A stretch of 13,636 nucleotides of DNA from a bacterium (GTDB taxonomy: Bacteria; Zhuqueibacterota; Zhuqueibacteria; Oceanimicrobiales; Oceanimicrobiaceae): NCBI GenBank assembly GCA_046757025.1, contig JBHHXN010000142.1, forward strand, positions 1 to 13,636, given 5' to 3'. Below are positions 1 through 8,760 of the stretch, in pieces. The notes under the pieces are model-generated. The model saw only the letters and a list, made by a program, of their open reading frames with translations, searched no databases and was not told the origin of the DNA. How positions within the stretch are numbered: the first letter of the stretch is position 1; every line of letters starts with the position of its first letter. A program made the translations under genes and the position numbers.

Positions 1-33
1 AAACCTTCCAGGTCTTGAAGACCTGGAAGGTTT
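1..33. repeat. Perfect palindrome, REP-like hairpin
   Basis: AAACCTTCCAGGTCTT (1-16), one central G, then its exact reverse complement AAGACCTGGAAGGTTT (18-33). It may extend beyond the window edge. Confidence 0.85.
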
Positions 34-69
34 ACTGAGGTTTTCTCTGACATAGACGGAGGAATTCAA

Positions 70-1683
70 ATGCAAAAGCTCAAAATCGTTCTTCACTTTT
101 TGATTTTTCTGATTTTATTTTTAGTTGATATATCAATTGCACAAAATAACTTCCCTTACCAGGTAGCCTGGACCACCGCTGCGGGTGACACCTCATTCGG
201 CTTCAGTGGCGAAGAGATCAATACCCGCATCAACAATAAACTGGGATTGCGAGCCGGCTTCGATTTCGATGACGATGGCAATCTGGAATTTCTCACTTCC
301 CTGCAAACTTCCAACGAATTTCCCGTGGATAACAACCTGTATCTGTTCGAAGCGGATGGCGATAACAACTACACCCTGCGCTGGCAGTATAAAGTCACAG
401 AAGTTCAGCATCAGCGCAATGCGCTGGCCGTGGGCGATCTGGATGAAAATGGCCAACCGGAGATCGTCTGGGTGCTGGATCAACCGGAAGATCAGCCGAA
501 TGTGCTAATTTTCGAGTACGATCCCAATAGCGGGAGTTTTCCGGACGCACCGACTGCTACCTGGAATTCGCCCCGAAGCGACGCCGGAGCTTTTCGCGCC
601 GAGGTGGATTTAAAAATCCATGATCTGGACAACGACGGCCGGCAGGAGATAATCATGATCAGTTTCGATGGCGTGATCATCGCGTCGCTTTCATCACCGA
701 ATCTGGCGCTGCCGCAATTTGTGGAAGAATATACCAATTTCACCGAAATGGTCTGGACCTTTTCCACCGCCATCGCCGACCTCGACAACAGCGGCACCAA
801 CGAGCTCATCACCTTCGGCGGCTGGGGCCTGGGCGGATTCACCATTTTAGAGGCCCTGGGCCCGGGTTTCTACACTTTGACCGCCAACCTCGGCTTTGAT
901 GAAGTGCCGGATGGCTTCGGCTGCTACAATGCCATGACCTCCGCTGACCTGGATGGCAACGGCTTCCCGGAAATTTATTATGCCGACACCGATGGCAACA
1001 TTCGTTCGTTTGCCACCAACGGCCCAATCAGTCAAATCACCCAGAACAATTTCAGCTTGCTGGGCTCGGTGGGTTTTGAAGTGCTCACCATGATTCAAAA
1101 CGAAAAATCATTTTACGTGGGCACCTCCTTCCGCTCGCAAATTTTTCAGATCGATTTTAACGGCGGAGACGTCAAGGATTCTTTGAACTACCAGATCACC
1201 GAAATCTATGCGGACACCGATACCACCGCCGGCCGAGCCATCACGATTTTTCGCATCGCCGGCGCCACGGATCTGGACGGTGATGACAAAGACGACATCG
1301 TGTTTGCCGCCGCCAATCACGATGCCTCAAAACCAACCTTGTATGTCATTGAGTCTGGATTTGCCACGGCGGTGGAACAGACGGCCCAAACGAACTTGCC
1401 GGAAGATTTTATCTTAATGCAGAATTACCCAAATCCCTTTAATCCGACGACCAATGTGAAATTTGTCTTGCCCAATAAAAATACCATTAGCTTAAAAATA
1501 TTTAATTCCCGCGGCCGGGAGGTCCGCACCCTGATTGCTGGGGAAGTTTATGCCGCCGGCGAACATACGGTGCAGTGGGATGCGCGAGATGACTCCGGGA
1601 ATAGGGTGGCCAGCGGTGTGTATCTTTATACCTTGACTTATGGAAATGTCACCAAGTCCCGGCTCATGACTTTGGTTAAATAA
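70..1683 (+). CDS. Secreted FG-GAP/DxDxDG-repeat protein with C-terminal T9SS type A/FlgD Ig-like sorting domain
   Basis: 537 aa ORF with GGAGGA RBS at 58-63 and an N-terminal signal peptide (…SIA-Q). Repeated DFDDDG, GDLDENG, DLDNDG, ADLDGNG and DLDGDD motifs. C-terminus LMQNYPNPFNPTT…WDARDDSG…SGVY…MTLVK. Confidence 0.9.
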   Translation: MQKLKIVLHFLIFLILFLVDISIAQNNFPYQVAWTTAAGDTSFGFSGEEINTRINNKLGLRAGFDFDDDGNLEFLTSLQTSNEFPVDNNLYLFEADGDNNYTLRWQYKVTEVQHQRNALAVGDLDENGQPEIVWVLDQPEDQPNVLIFEYDPNSGSFPDAPTATWNSPRSDAGAFRAEVDLKIHDLDNDGRQEIIMISFDGVIIASLSSPNLALPQFVEEYTNFTEMVWTFSTAIADLDNSGTNELITFGGWGLGGFTILEALGPGFYTLTANLGFDEVPDGFGCYNAMTSADLDGNGFPEIYYADTDGNIRSFATNGPISQITQNNFSLLGSVGFEVLTMIQNEKSFYVGTSFRSQIFQIDFNGGDVKDSLNYQITEIYADTDTTAGRAITIFRIAGATDLDGDDKDDIVFAAANHDASKPTLYVIESGFATAVEQTAQTNLPEDFILMQNYPNPFNPTTNVKFVLPNKNTISLKIFNSRGREVRTLIAGEVYAAGEHTVQWDARDDSGNRVASGVYLYTLTYGNVTKSRLMTLVK

Positions 1684-1694
1684 TTATTGTTGAT

Positions 1695-1724
1695 TTCAGG
1701 AAGGCGTTTCATGCAGTTCCTGAA
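1695..1724 (+). terminator. Possible stem-loop after the first CDS
   Basis: TTCAGGAA (1695-1702) pairs with TTCCTGAA (1717-1724), 11 nt after the stop. The loop is long and there is no U-tract, so terminator function is uncertain. Confidence 0.3.
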
Positions 1725-1970
1725 TAGCAAAGAGTCCCAATAAAATCAGGCCTTAATTTCCATTCTTTCTATTTTGCGATTGGATTCGACTTAACCGAAT
1801 ACGATGACAGATGAATTTCTTCTTTAATCAAAATGAGTCTCACAATCTTTAAACATGGCTATTGAATGTGTAGAATTTGATCATCTCGTTGCTAGAGTGA
1901 TCGAATTGACTGTTTTTGATATTAAGGATTATGGACAGATGGCTGCAAATACAAATTAACGGAGGGCAAA

Positions 1971-3455
1971 ATGAAAACTCAGTTACTAAAATCTTTTATT
2001 TTGATGATGTTGTTACCACTATCACTTTTAGCGCAAACCAACCAGTGGGGTGTGCAGTACGCGACGTTTGATGATGAGAATAACGGTACCGGTGACCGCA
2101 CCGCTAGCGTGGCTGTACTCGGCCCAAATGCTTTCGTGGCTCTGGTTTCCACCAACAACGACAATGCAAATATTTTCACGGATTTTGATGACAACTATCT
2201 AGTGGGGTACATGGAGGCAGACTCTGCGGCTGGCCGGCTACAGGCTCAGGCTTACAGTCCCAGCGGACAATTTGATAACTGGGAATCGCAGTTAGATCAG
2301 GTGGCTCTCATCGGAGCGTGGCAGATTGCCGGCGGCAAAAACAATTACGTGTACGTCGCCAACAACGATCCCTTTCACAACATCCTGGTGTTTGAGCTGA
2401 CACCGCTGGGGGTTATTTCCACAGACTTTCGCATGGAAACCGGCCAGGAGAACATTTTCGCCATTGACGTAGATACCACCGGCCATGTTTACGTCGTGGA
2501 CTATGAAGGCACCGATGCTAAAAGCAACGAAGTCAAAGTGTATGCGCCCATCGGCACGGCTGGCACCACCTGGGGCGATTTTGGCGGCCACAATGACGCC
2601 CCCGTGGCCACCATCGATTTGCCCCCCGGTATTTACCAGGGGGTGGCTGCCAGCGGCAACGGTACCGCGGTGTTCGTCAGCTCCCGAAATGACCGGCGCA
2701 TTTTGAAATTCGTGGGGGATCCGGCCGGCGGTTACACTCAGGATTCATCATTCGATGCGGCTATTTCCCCCACAGACATTGAGTTCGATGAAGACGGCAT
2801 CGAAATCGGCTCCACCGCTTTTCTGGGCATGGATTACCTGGATGAGCCGGGCATTTTATTTGCCGCGGTCGATTTGTTTCTCTGTATCGGCACCACTGTG
2901 GATCGATGCGGCGGCTATGTAACCGGGCGCATATTTGCCATCGACCCAGCCACGGGAACCAGTGTGGATACCATCGATGTGGCACAGTGGAATTTGGACG
3001 TGACCGGCTTTTACAATGCAGGTTCAAACAATGGCCGCGCCGGCGGCTTTACCTCGGTGTACGATGTGGAAGTCAGCAGCGAGCCGGCGGTTTACTCGCA
3101 GACATTCTACGGCTGGGCCATCGAAAAGTGGATATTCGACGGCGACCTGGGACTCATTGTCGGCGTTGAGCAGATTGCGGAAACGGTTCCCGAAGCGTTT
3201 GCTCTGCACCAAAACTACCCCAATCCGTTCAATCCTGGCACCGCCATTGAGTTTGATTTACAAAGGAGCGGGTATGTTAGGCTATTGGTGTTCAACACCC
3301 GTGGGCAAAAAGTCGCTACGCTGGTGGATGAGCCTTTTACTCCGGGCAGCTATAAAATTGGTTTTGACGCCAGCCGTTTGCCCAATGGCATTTACTACTA
3401 CACACTGGAAGCGGGCTCATTCAGGACGACAAAAAAAATGATCTTGATCAAATAG
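1971..3455 (+). CDS. Secreted probable beta-propeller protein with T9SS type A sorting domain
   Basis: 494 aa ORF with GGAGG RBS at 1961-1965 and a signal peptide (…SLLA-Q). NHL/YVTN-like blades such as 'AIDVDTTGHVYVVD' and 'GVAASGNGTAVFVS'. C-terminal LHQNYPNPFNP…FDASRLPNGIYYY…MILIK. Confidence 0.85.
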   Translation: MKTQLLKSFILMMLLPLSLLAQTNQWGVQYATFDDENNGTGDRTASVAVLGPNAFVALVSTNNDNANIFTDFDDNYLVGYMEADSAAGRLQAQAYSPSGQFDNWESQLDQVALIGAWQIAGGKNNYVYVANNDPFHNILVFELTPLGVISTDFRMETGQENIFAIDVDTTGHVYVVDYEGTDAKSNEVKVYAPIGTAGTTWGDFGGHNDAPVATIDLPPGIYQGVAASGNGTAVFVSSRNDRRILKFVGDPAGGYTQDSSFDAAISPTDIEFDEDGIEIGSTAFLGMDYLDEPGILFAAVDLFLCIGTTVDRCGGYVTGRIFAIDPATGTSVDTIDVAQWNLDVTGFYNAGSNNGRAGGFTSVYDVEVSSEPAVYSQTFYGWAIEKWIFDGDLGLIVGVEQIAETVPEAFALHQNYPNPFNPGTAIEFDLQRSGYVRLLVFNTRGQKVATLVDEPFTPGSYKIGFDASRLPNGIYYYTLEAGSFRTTKKMILIK

Positions 3456-3468
3456 TACCCAACTTGGG

Positions 3469-3644
3469 GCTGTCCCAAAATGGGGAGTGGTCAATGCGAG
3501 TCCCGCGTTTTGTACAGGACGAAGTAATCTACTAATTCGCACCTAAAGTCCAGAGATTGCTTCGTCGTCCCGATTTTCATTATTGTAAAATTTTAAGAAA
3601 AATCGGGACTCCTCGCAAAGACATTTTTTGATTTTTGGGACAGC
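3469..3644. mobile_element. Composite MITE-like element: GCTGTCC-type TIR shell around a GTCATTGCGAG-type REP core
   Basis: Perfect 12-bp TIR GCTGTCCCAAAA (3469-3480) / TTTTGGGACAGC (3633-3644). Core 3490-3622: GTCAATGCGAG…GACGAAGTAATCT…AGATTGCTTCGTC…CTCGCAAAGAC. Confidence 0.75.
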
Positions 3645-3699
3645 GCTGGATTTGATTTCAACCCATCACTTTCACACTAACTTCTTAAAGGAGGGCATC

Positions 3700-5409
3700 A
3701 TGAACAAACGGTTAATTCTTTTAACATTCTGCATTCTGAGTTTTTTGGCCGCAGACGTTTTTGCGCAGGGAACGCCTTCACCGGGATATTCCATCGCGCA
3801 GACGGTTACGCGCTTTGATTATCCGGGGGACATTCCGGATTCCAGCGGCGTAGGCGGAGACGACGTGCTGGCGGGATATGATCTCGACAAGGACGGCAAA
3901 GGGGAAATTATTTTGATAACAGATAATTTAGCAGCTTCTCAGGAAGGGCCGGCGATCATCGTCTTTGAAGCCACGGCCGACAATACCTACGAAGCGGTCT
4001 GGTGGTTTGAAGTCCGTGAGCACACCAACGATAACGGCAGCTTTCCCACCCTGGCCGTGGGCGATTTGGACGGCGACAATCAACTGGAAATCCTCGCCGG
4101 CATCCCTTACGGCGCTCGCGAAATTCCCAACAATCCCGTGCGCTTTTACGTGTTTGAAGTGGACACCACCGTTGACAACGGCTTGCCCCAGGAGCCCACC
4201 GCTACCTGGACTTTTGAAGCCAATCCCACGGACAATACCCGCCCGTCTGCCATGGACGTTTACGACGTGGATGGCGACGGCCAGCAGGAGGTTCTGATGA
4301 TTTTTCGCGCCTGGAACAACGGCGGCAATGCTTTCATGATTTTTTCATTGGTAGGCGATTTTTTTGGCGGATTTACAACCTTCACCAAAGAGTTTTTTGA
4401 TGACACCAATTTGACAGAATCGGATGGCAATATTTATGATGTCCATGTGCATGACGTCAATGGCGACGGCACCCCGGAAATATCCGCTGTTGAATGGGAG
4501 GCCGATGGCATCATAGCGGTTTTTTATCAGGCCACGGGGCCGGATCAATATCAAATGGTCCATAAAGCCGTTTCAGATTTTACTTTTTCCGCTGGCGCTT
4601 TGGGGTCGTTTTTGCCCTGGGATATCGACGGCGACGGCATTGAGGAATTCATGATGGCGGGTTCTGATGGACAACTCTATGTGGTTCCGGTTCCAAACGG
4701 CGATGTGAAGCAAATCACGGCTAGCAGTTTTAATCCGATCAATCTTTATGATAATCAAATTCGCGGCGCGGCAATTGGCGATTTCGATGACGATGGCAAC
4801 GTCGATTATTTGATCGCCGGCTCATACAACAAAAAAATCTTTCGGGTTGAATACAAAGGCAGTGGCAGCGTCACCGACGCCAACAGCTACGATTTTACCA
4901 CGGTTTACGACGATCCCAACGCCGGACGCTACTATTACATTGCCTTTCCACAGGATCGCAAGGCATTGAGAGATGGCCAGACGCTGGTGGATATGGATGG
5001 CGACAATAAACGCGAACTGGTATTTACGGATCAGGAAGATACGGCTCTCGGAGACAATTCAATTTACGTCACCATTTTAGAATCTGACATCGCGGTGAAA
5101 GTGGAGCTGCCGGATCTGTCCACCCTACCAAGCGGATTTGAGCTGCACCAGAATTTTCCCAATCCCTTCAATCCGGAAACCGTCATTCAGTACGATATTC
5201 CAAGAGCCGGACAAGTGAAAATTACGGTGCATAATCTACTCGGAGAGACCATCGCCACACTGGTCGATGAGTACAAAGGACTCGGCACTCATCGTGTCAC
5301 CTGGAATGGCAAGGATTTCAACGGGGTGAACGTGCCGAGCGGTGTTTACATTTATACCATCATTGCCGGCGACTTCAAGCAGTCCAAACAGATGACCCTG
5401 CTGAAATAA
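3700..5409 (+). CDS. Secreted FG-GAP/DxDxDG-repeat protein with T9SS/FlgD C-terminal domain; paralog of 70..1683
   Basis: Start re-assigned from TTG 3628 to ATG 3700 because AAGGAGG lies just upstream and MNKRLILL…VFA-Q is a signal peptide. Motifs DLDKDG, GDLDGD, DVDGDG, DVNGDG, DIDGDG, GDFDDDG and DMDGD. C-terminus LHQNFPNPFNP…MTLLK. Confidence 0.9.
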   Translation: MNKRLILLTFCILSFLAADVFAQGTPSPGYSIAQTVTRFDYPGDIPDSSGVGGDDVLAGYDLDKDGKGEIILITDNLAASQEGPAIIVFEATADNTYEAVWWFEVREHTNDNGSFPTLAVGDLDGDNQLEILAGIPYGAREIPNNPVRFYVFEVDTTVDNGLPQEPTATWTFEANPTDNTRPSAMDVYDVDGDGQQEVLMIFRAWNNGGNAFMIFSLVGDFFGGFTTFTKEFFDDTNLTESDGNIYDVHVHDVNGDGTPEISAVEWEADGIIAVFYQATGPDQYQMVHKAVSDFTFSAGALGSFLPWDIDGDGIEEFMMAGSDGQLYVVPVPNGDVKQITASSFNPINLYDNQIRGAAIGDFDDDGNVDYLIAGSYNKKIFRVEYKGSGSVTDANSYDFTTVYDDPNAGRYYYIAFPQDRKALRDGQTLVDMDGDNKRELVFTDQEDTALGDNSIYVTILESDIAVKVELPDLSTLPSGFELHQNFPNPFNPETVIQYDIPRAGQVKITVHNLLGETIATLVDEYKGLGTHRVTWNGKDFNGVNVPSGVYIYTIIAGDFKQSKQMTLLK

Positions 5410-5468
5410 AAATGGCCGGAATGCGTGCTATTTAGAAGAGTGACGTTTAATTAACATTGCAACAAAAG

Positions 5469-5563
5469 GTCATTGCGAGTCCCGTGTTTTACGCGGGACG
5501 AAGCAATCTCTTAGCTTGCAGAAAATCAGGAGATTGCTTCGTCACTTCGTTCCTCGCAATGAC
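5469..5563. repeat. GTCATTGCGAG-type palindromic REP-like element, no clear outer TIR
   Basis: GTCATTGCGAG (5469-5479) / CTCGCAATGAC (5553-5563) are perfect inverted ends. Internal GACGAAGCAATCTC / GAGATTGCTTCGTC stem and a GTCCCG…CGGGAC side hairpin. Homologous to 3490-3622 and 13012-13120. Confidence 0.85.
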
Positions 5564-5659
5564 TGCAACGTCCATTGGGAAACACTACCCTAAAAGACAA
5601 CAAGTCAAAATAAACTCTTTTGAAATTTACATTTTTAGGGCAGGGTAAATATTTGAAAA

Positions 5660-5688
5660 GAAAGGAGTCTCTGCATAGGGCTCCTTTC
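5660..5688 (+). other. Stem-loop in the leader of the next CDS
   Basis: GAAAGGAG (5660-5667) / CTCCTTTC (5681-5688), extendable by G-U pairs, about 36 nt before the ATG at 5725. Confidence 0.4.
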
Positions 5689-5724
5689 GCCGTTTTCAGC
5701 CACAAAACTAAGAGAGGAATGATC

Positions 5725-7419
5725 ATGAAACGCATTTACCACTTTTTGGTCATTGTCGTGCTGGTTGTTTTCATCGCGAGCACCCCGGCAACCACACATG
5801 CAAAAGTATATGCCTCACAATTAAAAATCACCAACCCGGACGGCAGCGCTTTTGATGGCAATTTTTCAGATGGCACCGGCGCATTGCTGTCGTTTATTTT
5901 GAATGACACCGCCAGCACGGTGACCGTCGATATCAAAGACGCCAGCACCGGTCAGGGCGTGGCGCAAATACTCGCCGGTGCCCGCAGTCGTGGTTTAAAT
6001 TCAGTCACCTGGGACGGCAGCGGCAGCGAAGCTGGTAAACGCTATCTTTTCACCGTCACCGCTGAACAGCCCAATGCCTCGAGCACCGACTGGACGGTTT
6101 TCTTTGATTCCGGCGACATCGATATTTTTACCCGGGGCTGCGACGTGGTAACGGATATGAACAGCTCCTTGTTTGGCCTGTTTTTCGCGCCCAACACCGG
6201 CGGCCCCCTGCAAAAAGGCATCACCATTTACAATTCAGACGGCTCCTTTCACGATCCGTTCTTGGTCGCGGCAGATATTGGCAGCGGAGGCACCATCGAC
6301 TGGGGAGGCGGCACGCAATCGATGTATTCAGGCGTGCTGGATGACGAAGGTCGCTTTTATGTGTCGGCGGTCGATTTTGGTGAGATTCGAAGATTGAATC
6401 GCGACCATTCTCTGACTACGGTTATCACCGGACTTACCAAACCCAAAGGGTTGTATCTGGTGGGCACCGGCGCCGAGCGCGTGCTTTACATTTGCGATGA
6501 CAGCACGGTAGTGCGGGCGGCTATTGGCAACGAAGACGTGTTTAGCGGAACCGTGGAGCTGGTGGGGCAATTTTCCAAAGGCTTGCCGCGAAACATCGCT
6601 CTGGACGACGATGGCGCCATGTATGTGACTTTTCGTTCCAGCAACGATTTTGACAGCGAACCCGTCGGTTTCAATAAATACGATATTTCCGGCAATTTGC
6701 CCGTGACAGACGATGATGCCGTCTGGTTTTTAATGCCGGAAGTTACGTTTCGAATCACCGACCTGGAATTCGATCATGGCAGCGACCGCACGACTTCTAC
6801 GGACGACATACTCTACTATGCCACCCGGGCCGGCGACGGAGTGTTCGATGACGGTCTGTGGCGGATTGAAGATATCAATTTTCCCTTCCCGCAGGTGCTG
6901 AATTTGGTGGACGAGCAGGATCTGTATGGTTTTGATGACAGCGCCAACATCAACGATCGCGCAGCCATTGCGCTGGATGCCGCAGGTAATATGATTTTGC
7001 TGGAAAATTCAAATGAGCACGTATTTTTTCTGTCCCCGCCCGGTGAGGGTCCAACAAACAGCTTCACCACGACCAGCCCGGGTACGGTGTCGGTGGAAGT
7101 GCCGGTGAGCGTGGAACCAAGCCCTGAATCGAATACCGTTGGCTCCTACAGGCTAGAGGCGAATTTTCCCAATCCGTTTAATCCAACCACCACCATTCGT
7201 TATGAGCTGGGGAGCGGCGGCTTCACTACCTTGCGCGTTTTCAACTTAAAGAGCGAGCTCATCAGCGAGCTGGTGAATCGACATCAGCCGGCTGGCGAGT
7301 ATTCAGTTACCTGGAATGGCCGAGATGACGCCGGCCAGGCTGTGGCCAGCGGCGTGTACATTCTGGTGTTAAACTCAGGGAAGTTCACTAAATCCGTGCG
7401 CATGACGCTGATGAAGTAA
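5725..7419 (+). CDS. Secreted protein: N-terminal FlgD-like Ig domain, probable beta-propeller, C-terminal T9SS/FlgD domain
   Basis: Start re-assigned to ATG 5725 (AGAGGA at 5713-5718; signal peptide MKRIYHFL…THA-K); ATG 5719 is an alternative. Blades such as 'LDDEGRFYVS', 'IALDDDGAMYVT' and 'IALDAAGNMIL'. C-terminus LEANFPNPFNP…WNGRDDAG…SGVY…MTLMK. Confidence 0.88.
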   Translation: MKRIYHFLVIVVLVVFIASTPATTHAKVYASQLKITNPDGSAFDGNFSDGTGALLSFILNDTASTVTVDIKDASTGQGVAQILAGARSRGLNSVTWDGSGSEAGKRYLFTVTAEQPNASSTDWTVFFDSGDIDIFTRGCDVVTDMNSSLFGLFFAPNTGGPLQKGITIYNSDGSFHDPFLVAADIGSGGTIDWGGGTQSMYSGVLDDEGRFYVSAVDFGEIRRLNRDHSLTTVITGLTKPKGLYLVGTGAERVLYICDDSTVVRAAIGNEDVFSGTVELVGQFSKGLPRNIALDDDGAMYVTFRSSNDFDSEPVGFNKYDISGNLPVTDDDAVWFLMPEVTFRITDLEFDHGSDRTTSTDDILYYATRAGDGVFDDGLWRIEDINFPFPQVLNLVDEQDLYGFDDSANINDRAAIALDAAGNMILLENSNEHVFFLSPPGEGPTNSFTTTSPGTVSVEVPVSVEPSPESNTVGSYRLEANFPNPFNPTTTIRYELGSGGFTTLRVFNLKSELISELVNRHQPAGEYSVTWNGRDDAGQAVASGVYILVLNSGKFTKSVRMTLMK

Positions 7420-7446
7420 TCCGCGCAACATGGGATTTGGGCTGCC

Positions 7447-8406
7447 CTATTCCTTTTTCTGAAGTTCGAGGCTGTAAATTCTCCCGCGCTTCTGTTCATC
7501 GAAAAGGACAGACGGCCTGCCTGGAGCCCAGTCGGGATTCATTTCGAGGCGATTCGGGCTTTGGGTGAGATTGGTTTTAGCTCGGCCGTCCACCCTGATC
7601 AGGTAGATGTCGGAAGAAAGAATTTGGTGGCCGTCGTCCATAGGCAGCATGTACGCAATCCATTGGCTGTCGGCTGACCAGGCGGGCCGTTCGCCCTTTC
7701 CCAGATCCACCAGGTCCGAACCGTCGATGTTGACCACGTACAGGTTGCCGCCGGCGATTTCAAACGCAATTTTTTCTGCGCTGGGAGATAATCGCGCGTT
7801 CAAAATTTGCCCGGGCACCGGCTGAAGTTGGCTGAACACATTGCCCCGGGTATCGGACAGCACAAAGCCTTTTTCCGTGGTATAAAAGATCGGTTGAAAA
7901 TAACCCCCGGCGCTCGTCTCTTCGGAAATGTCATTGCTGGTGGGTATCAGATCCAGTCCTTGTTTTGTGTAGAGATAAACAAAGCGGCGGTCCAGGGTCC
8001 AGCGGGGCAGACCCACATATCCAGCGCCGTATTTTTTCAGGATACGAATTTGCTTTAATTCCAGATTCAGGATCTTAATTTGCGTGGTCTTGCGGCGTTT
8101 AACGTAGGCGTGTGTTCGATAAACGATTTCTTTCGAGTCTGCAGACCAGCGGAATTGTAAGCCGGCGCCAGGTTCGTTTGTGAGGGATTGCAGCTGGCTG
8201 CCATCCGCCTTCATGACCCAGATGCCGCGGTAATTTTCGCCGGCCAGCGCGATTTTTGTACCGTCCGGCGACCACACGGGTTGCTGAAAATATTGCTCAG
8301 CCGGGGTCAGCGGCACCGCTTCCCCGGCAGCCTGCCAGCTTTCCTGTGCGTGTCCTGCGGCAAACAAATTTAGGCTGATAATGAGTAATAGTTTTGAATT
8401 GAGCAT
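7447..8406 (-). CDS. TolB-like PD40/WD40 beta-propeller protein, exported
   Basis: 319 aa ORF with AGAGGA RBS and a signal peptide (…GHA-Q). PD40-like repeats PVWSPDGTKIA, FRWSADSKEIVY, LSPSAEKIAF, PAWSADSQWIAY and PDWAPG. Lacks the TolB N-terminal domain and a T9SS-type tail. Confidence 0.85.
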   Translation of the reverse strand: MLNSKLLLIISLNLFAAGHAQESWQAAGEAVPLTPAEQYFQQPVWSPDGTKIALAGENYRGIWVMKADGSQLQSLTNEPGAGLQFRWSADSKEIVYRTHAYVKRRKTTQIKILNLELKQIRILKKYGAGYVGLPRWTLDRRFVYLYTKQGLDLIPTSNDISEETSAGGYFQPIFYTTEKGFVLSDTRGNVFSQLQPVPGQILNARLSPSAEKIAFEIAGGNLYVVNIDGSDLVDLGKGERPAWSADSQWIAYMLPMDDGHQILSSDIYLIRVDGRAKTNLTQSPNRLEMNPDWAPGRPSVLFDEQKRGRIYSLELQKKE

Positions 8407-8499
8407 TATTTTATTCCTCTAACCTAAAGAATTCAAGTAACGTGCGCAACGGTTAAATTTAAACCAAGTGTTGCATGGCCTACGATAAATATTGGGGAT

Positions 8500-8644
8500 T
8501 GTCCAAAAAGTCACGAAGAGAATACACTTTATGCTAGGTGTAGTCGAATTGTGGCTGTTTTTAAACAACATACGATACCCTTCGAAGCAGTTTATCCTGG
8601 GCTCGTCGAAGGACTCAGGGTAAAGCATCATGACTTTTTGGACA
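8500..8644. mobile_element. Composite MITE-like element: (GC)TGTCC-type TIR shell with a CCCTTCGA…CTCAGGG-type core
   Basis: Perfect 14-bp TIR TGTCCAAAAAGTCA (8500-8513) / TGACTTTTTGGACA (8631-8644), followed by GCCC. Core 8576-8622: TACCCTTCGA…CCTGGGCTCGTCGAAGGA-CTCAGGGTA. Confidence 0.7.
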
Positions 8645-8760
8645 GCCCTGATGACCATTCAGGGGATTTTTCCAACGTTTTCGACAGCCCCTGCTGAACA
8701 GCTATAAAATCAGCATCTTATGATCTCATACCGATATATTCATGAATTATTCCGGACCAC

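Noticed and set aside
3628..3699. N-terminal extension of the 593-aa ORF from TTG 3628
   Set aside because: It starts inside the repeat element's right end; the RBS and signal peptide point to ATG 3700.
5431..5595. Possible outer TIR around the 5469-5563 core
   Set aside because: Only a 6-bp GACGTT/AACGTC match and a patchy TTTAG…AGTG/CACT…CTAAA match; too weak to call.
5620..5724. N-terminal extension of the 599-aa ORF from TTG 5620
   Set aside because: No RBS there; AGAGGA and the signal peptide fit ATG 5725 (or 5719).
5457..5735. Short ORFs 5457..5648 (+) and 5526..5735 (-)
   Set aside because: They read through the palindromic repeat and leader and show no independent coding evidence.
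7447..8406. Calling this gene tolB
   Set aside because: Only the PD40 propeller is present, and there is no tolQRA/pal context.
8419..8658. 79-aa minus-strand ORF between the amidase and TolB-like genes
   Set aside because: It mostly overlaps the MITE-like element, and has no clear RBS or recognisable motif.
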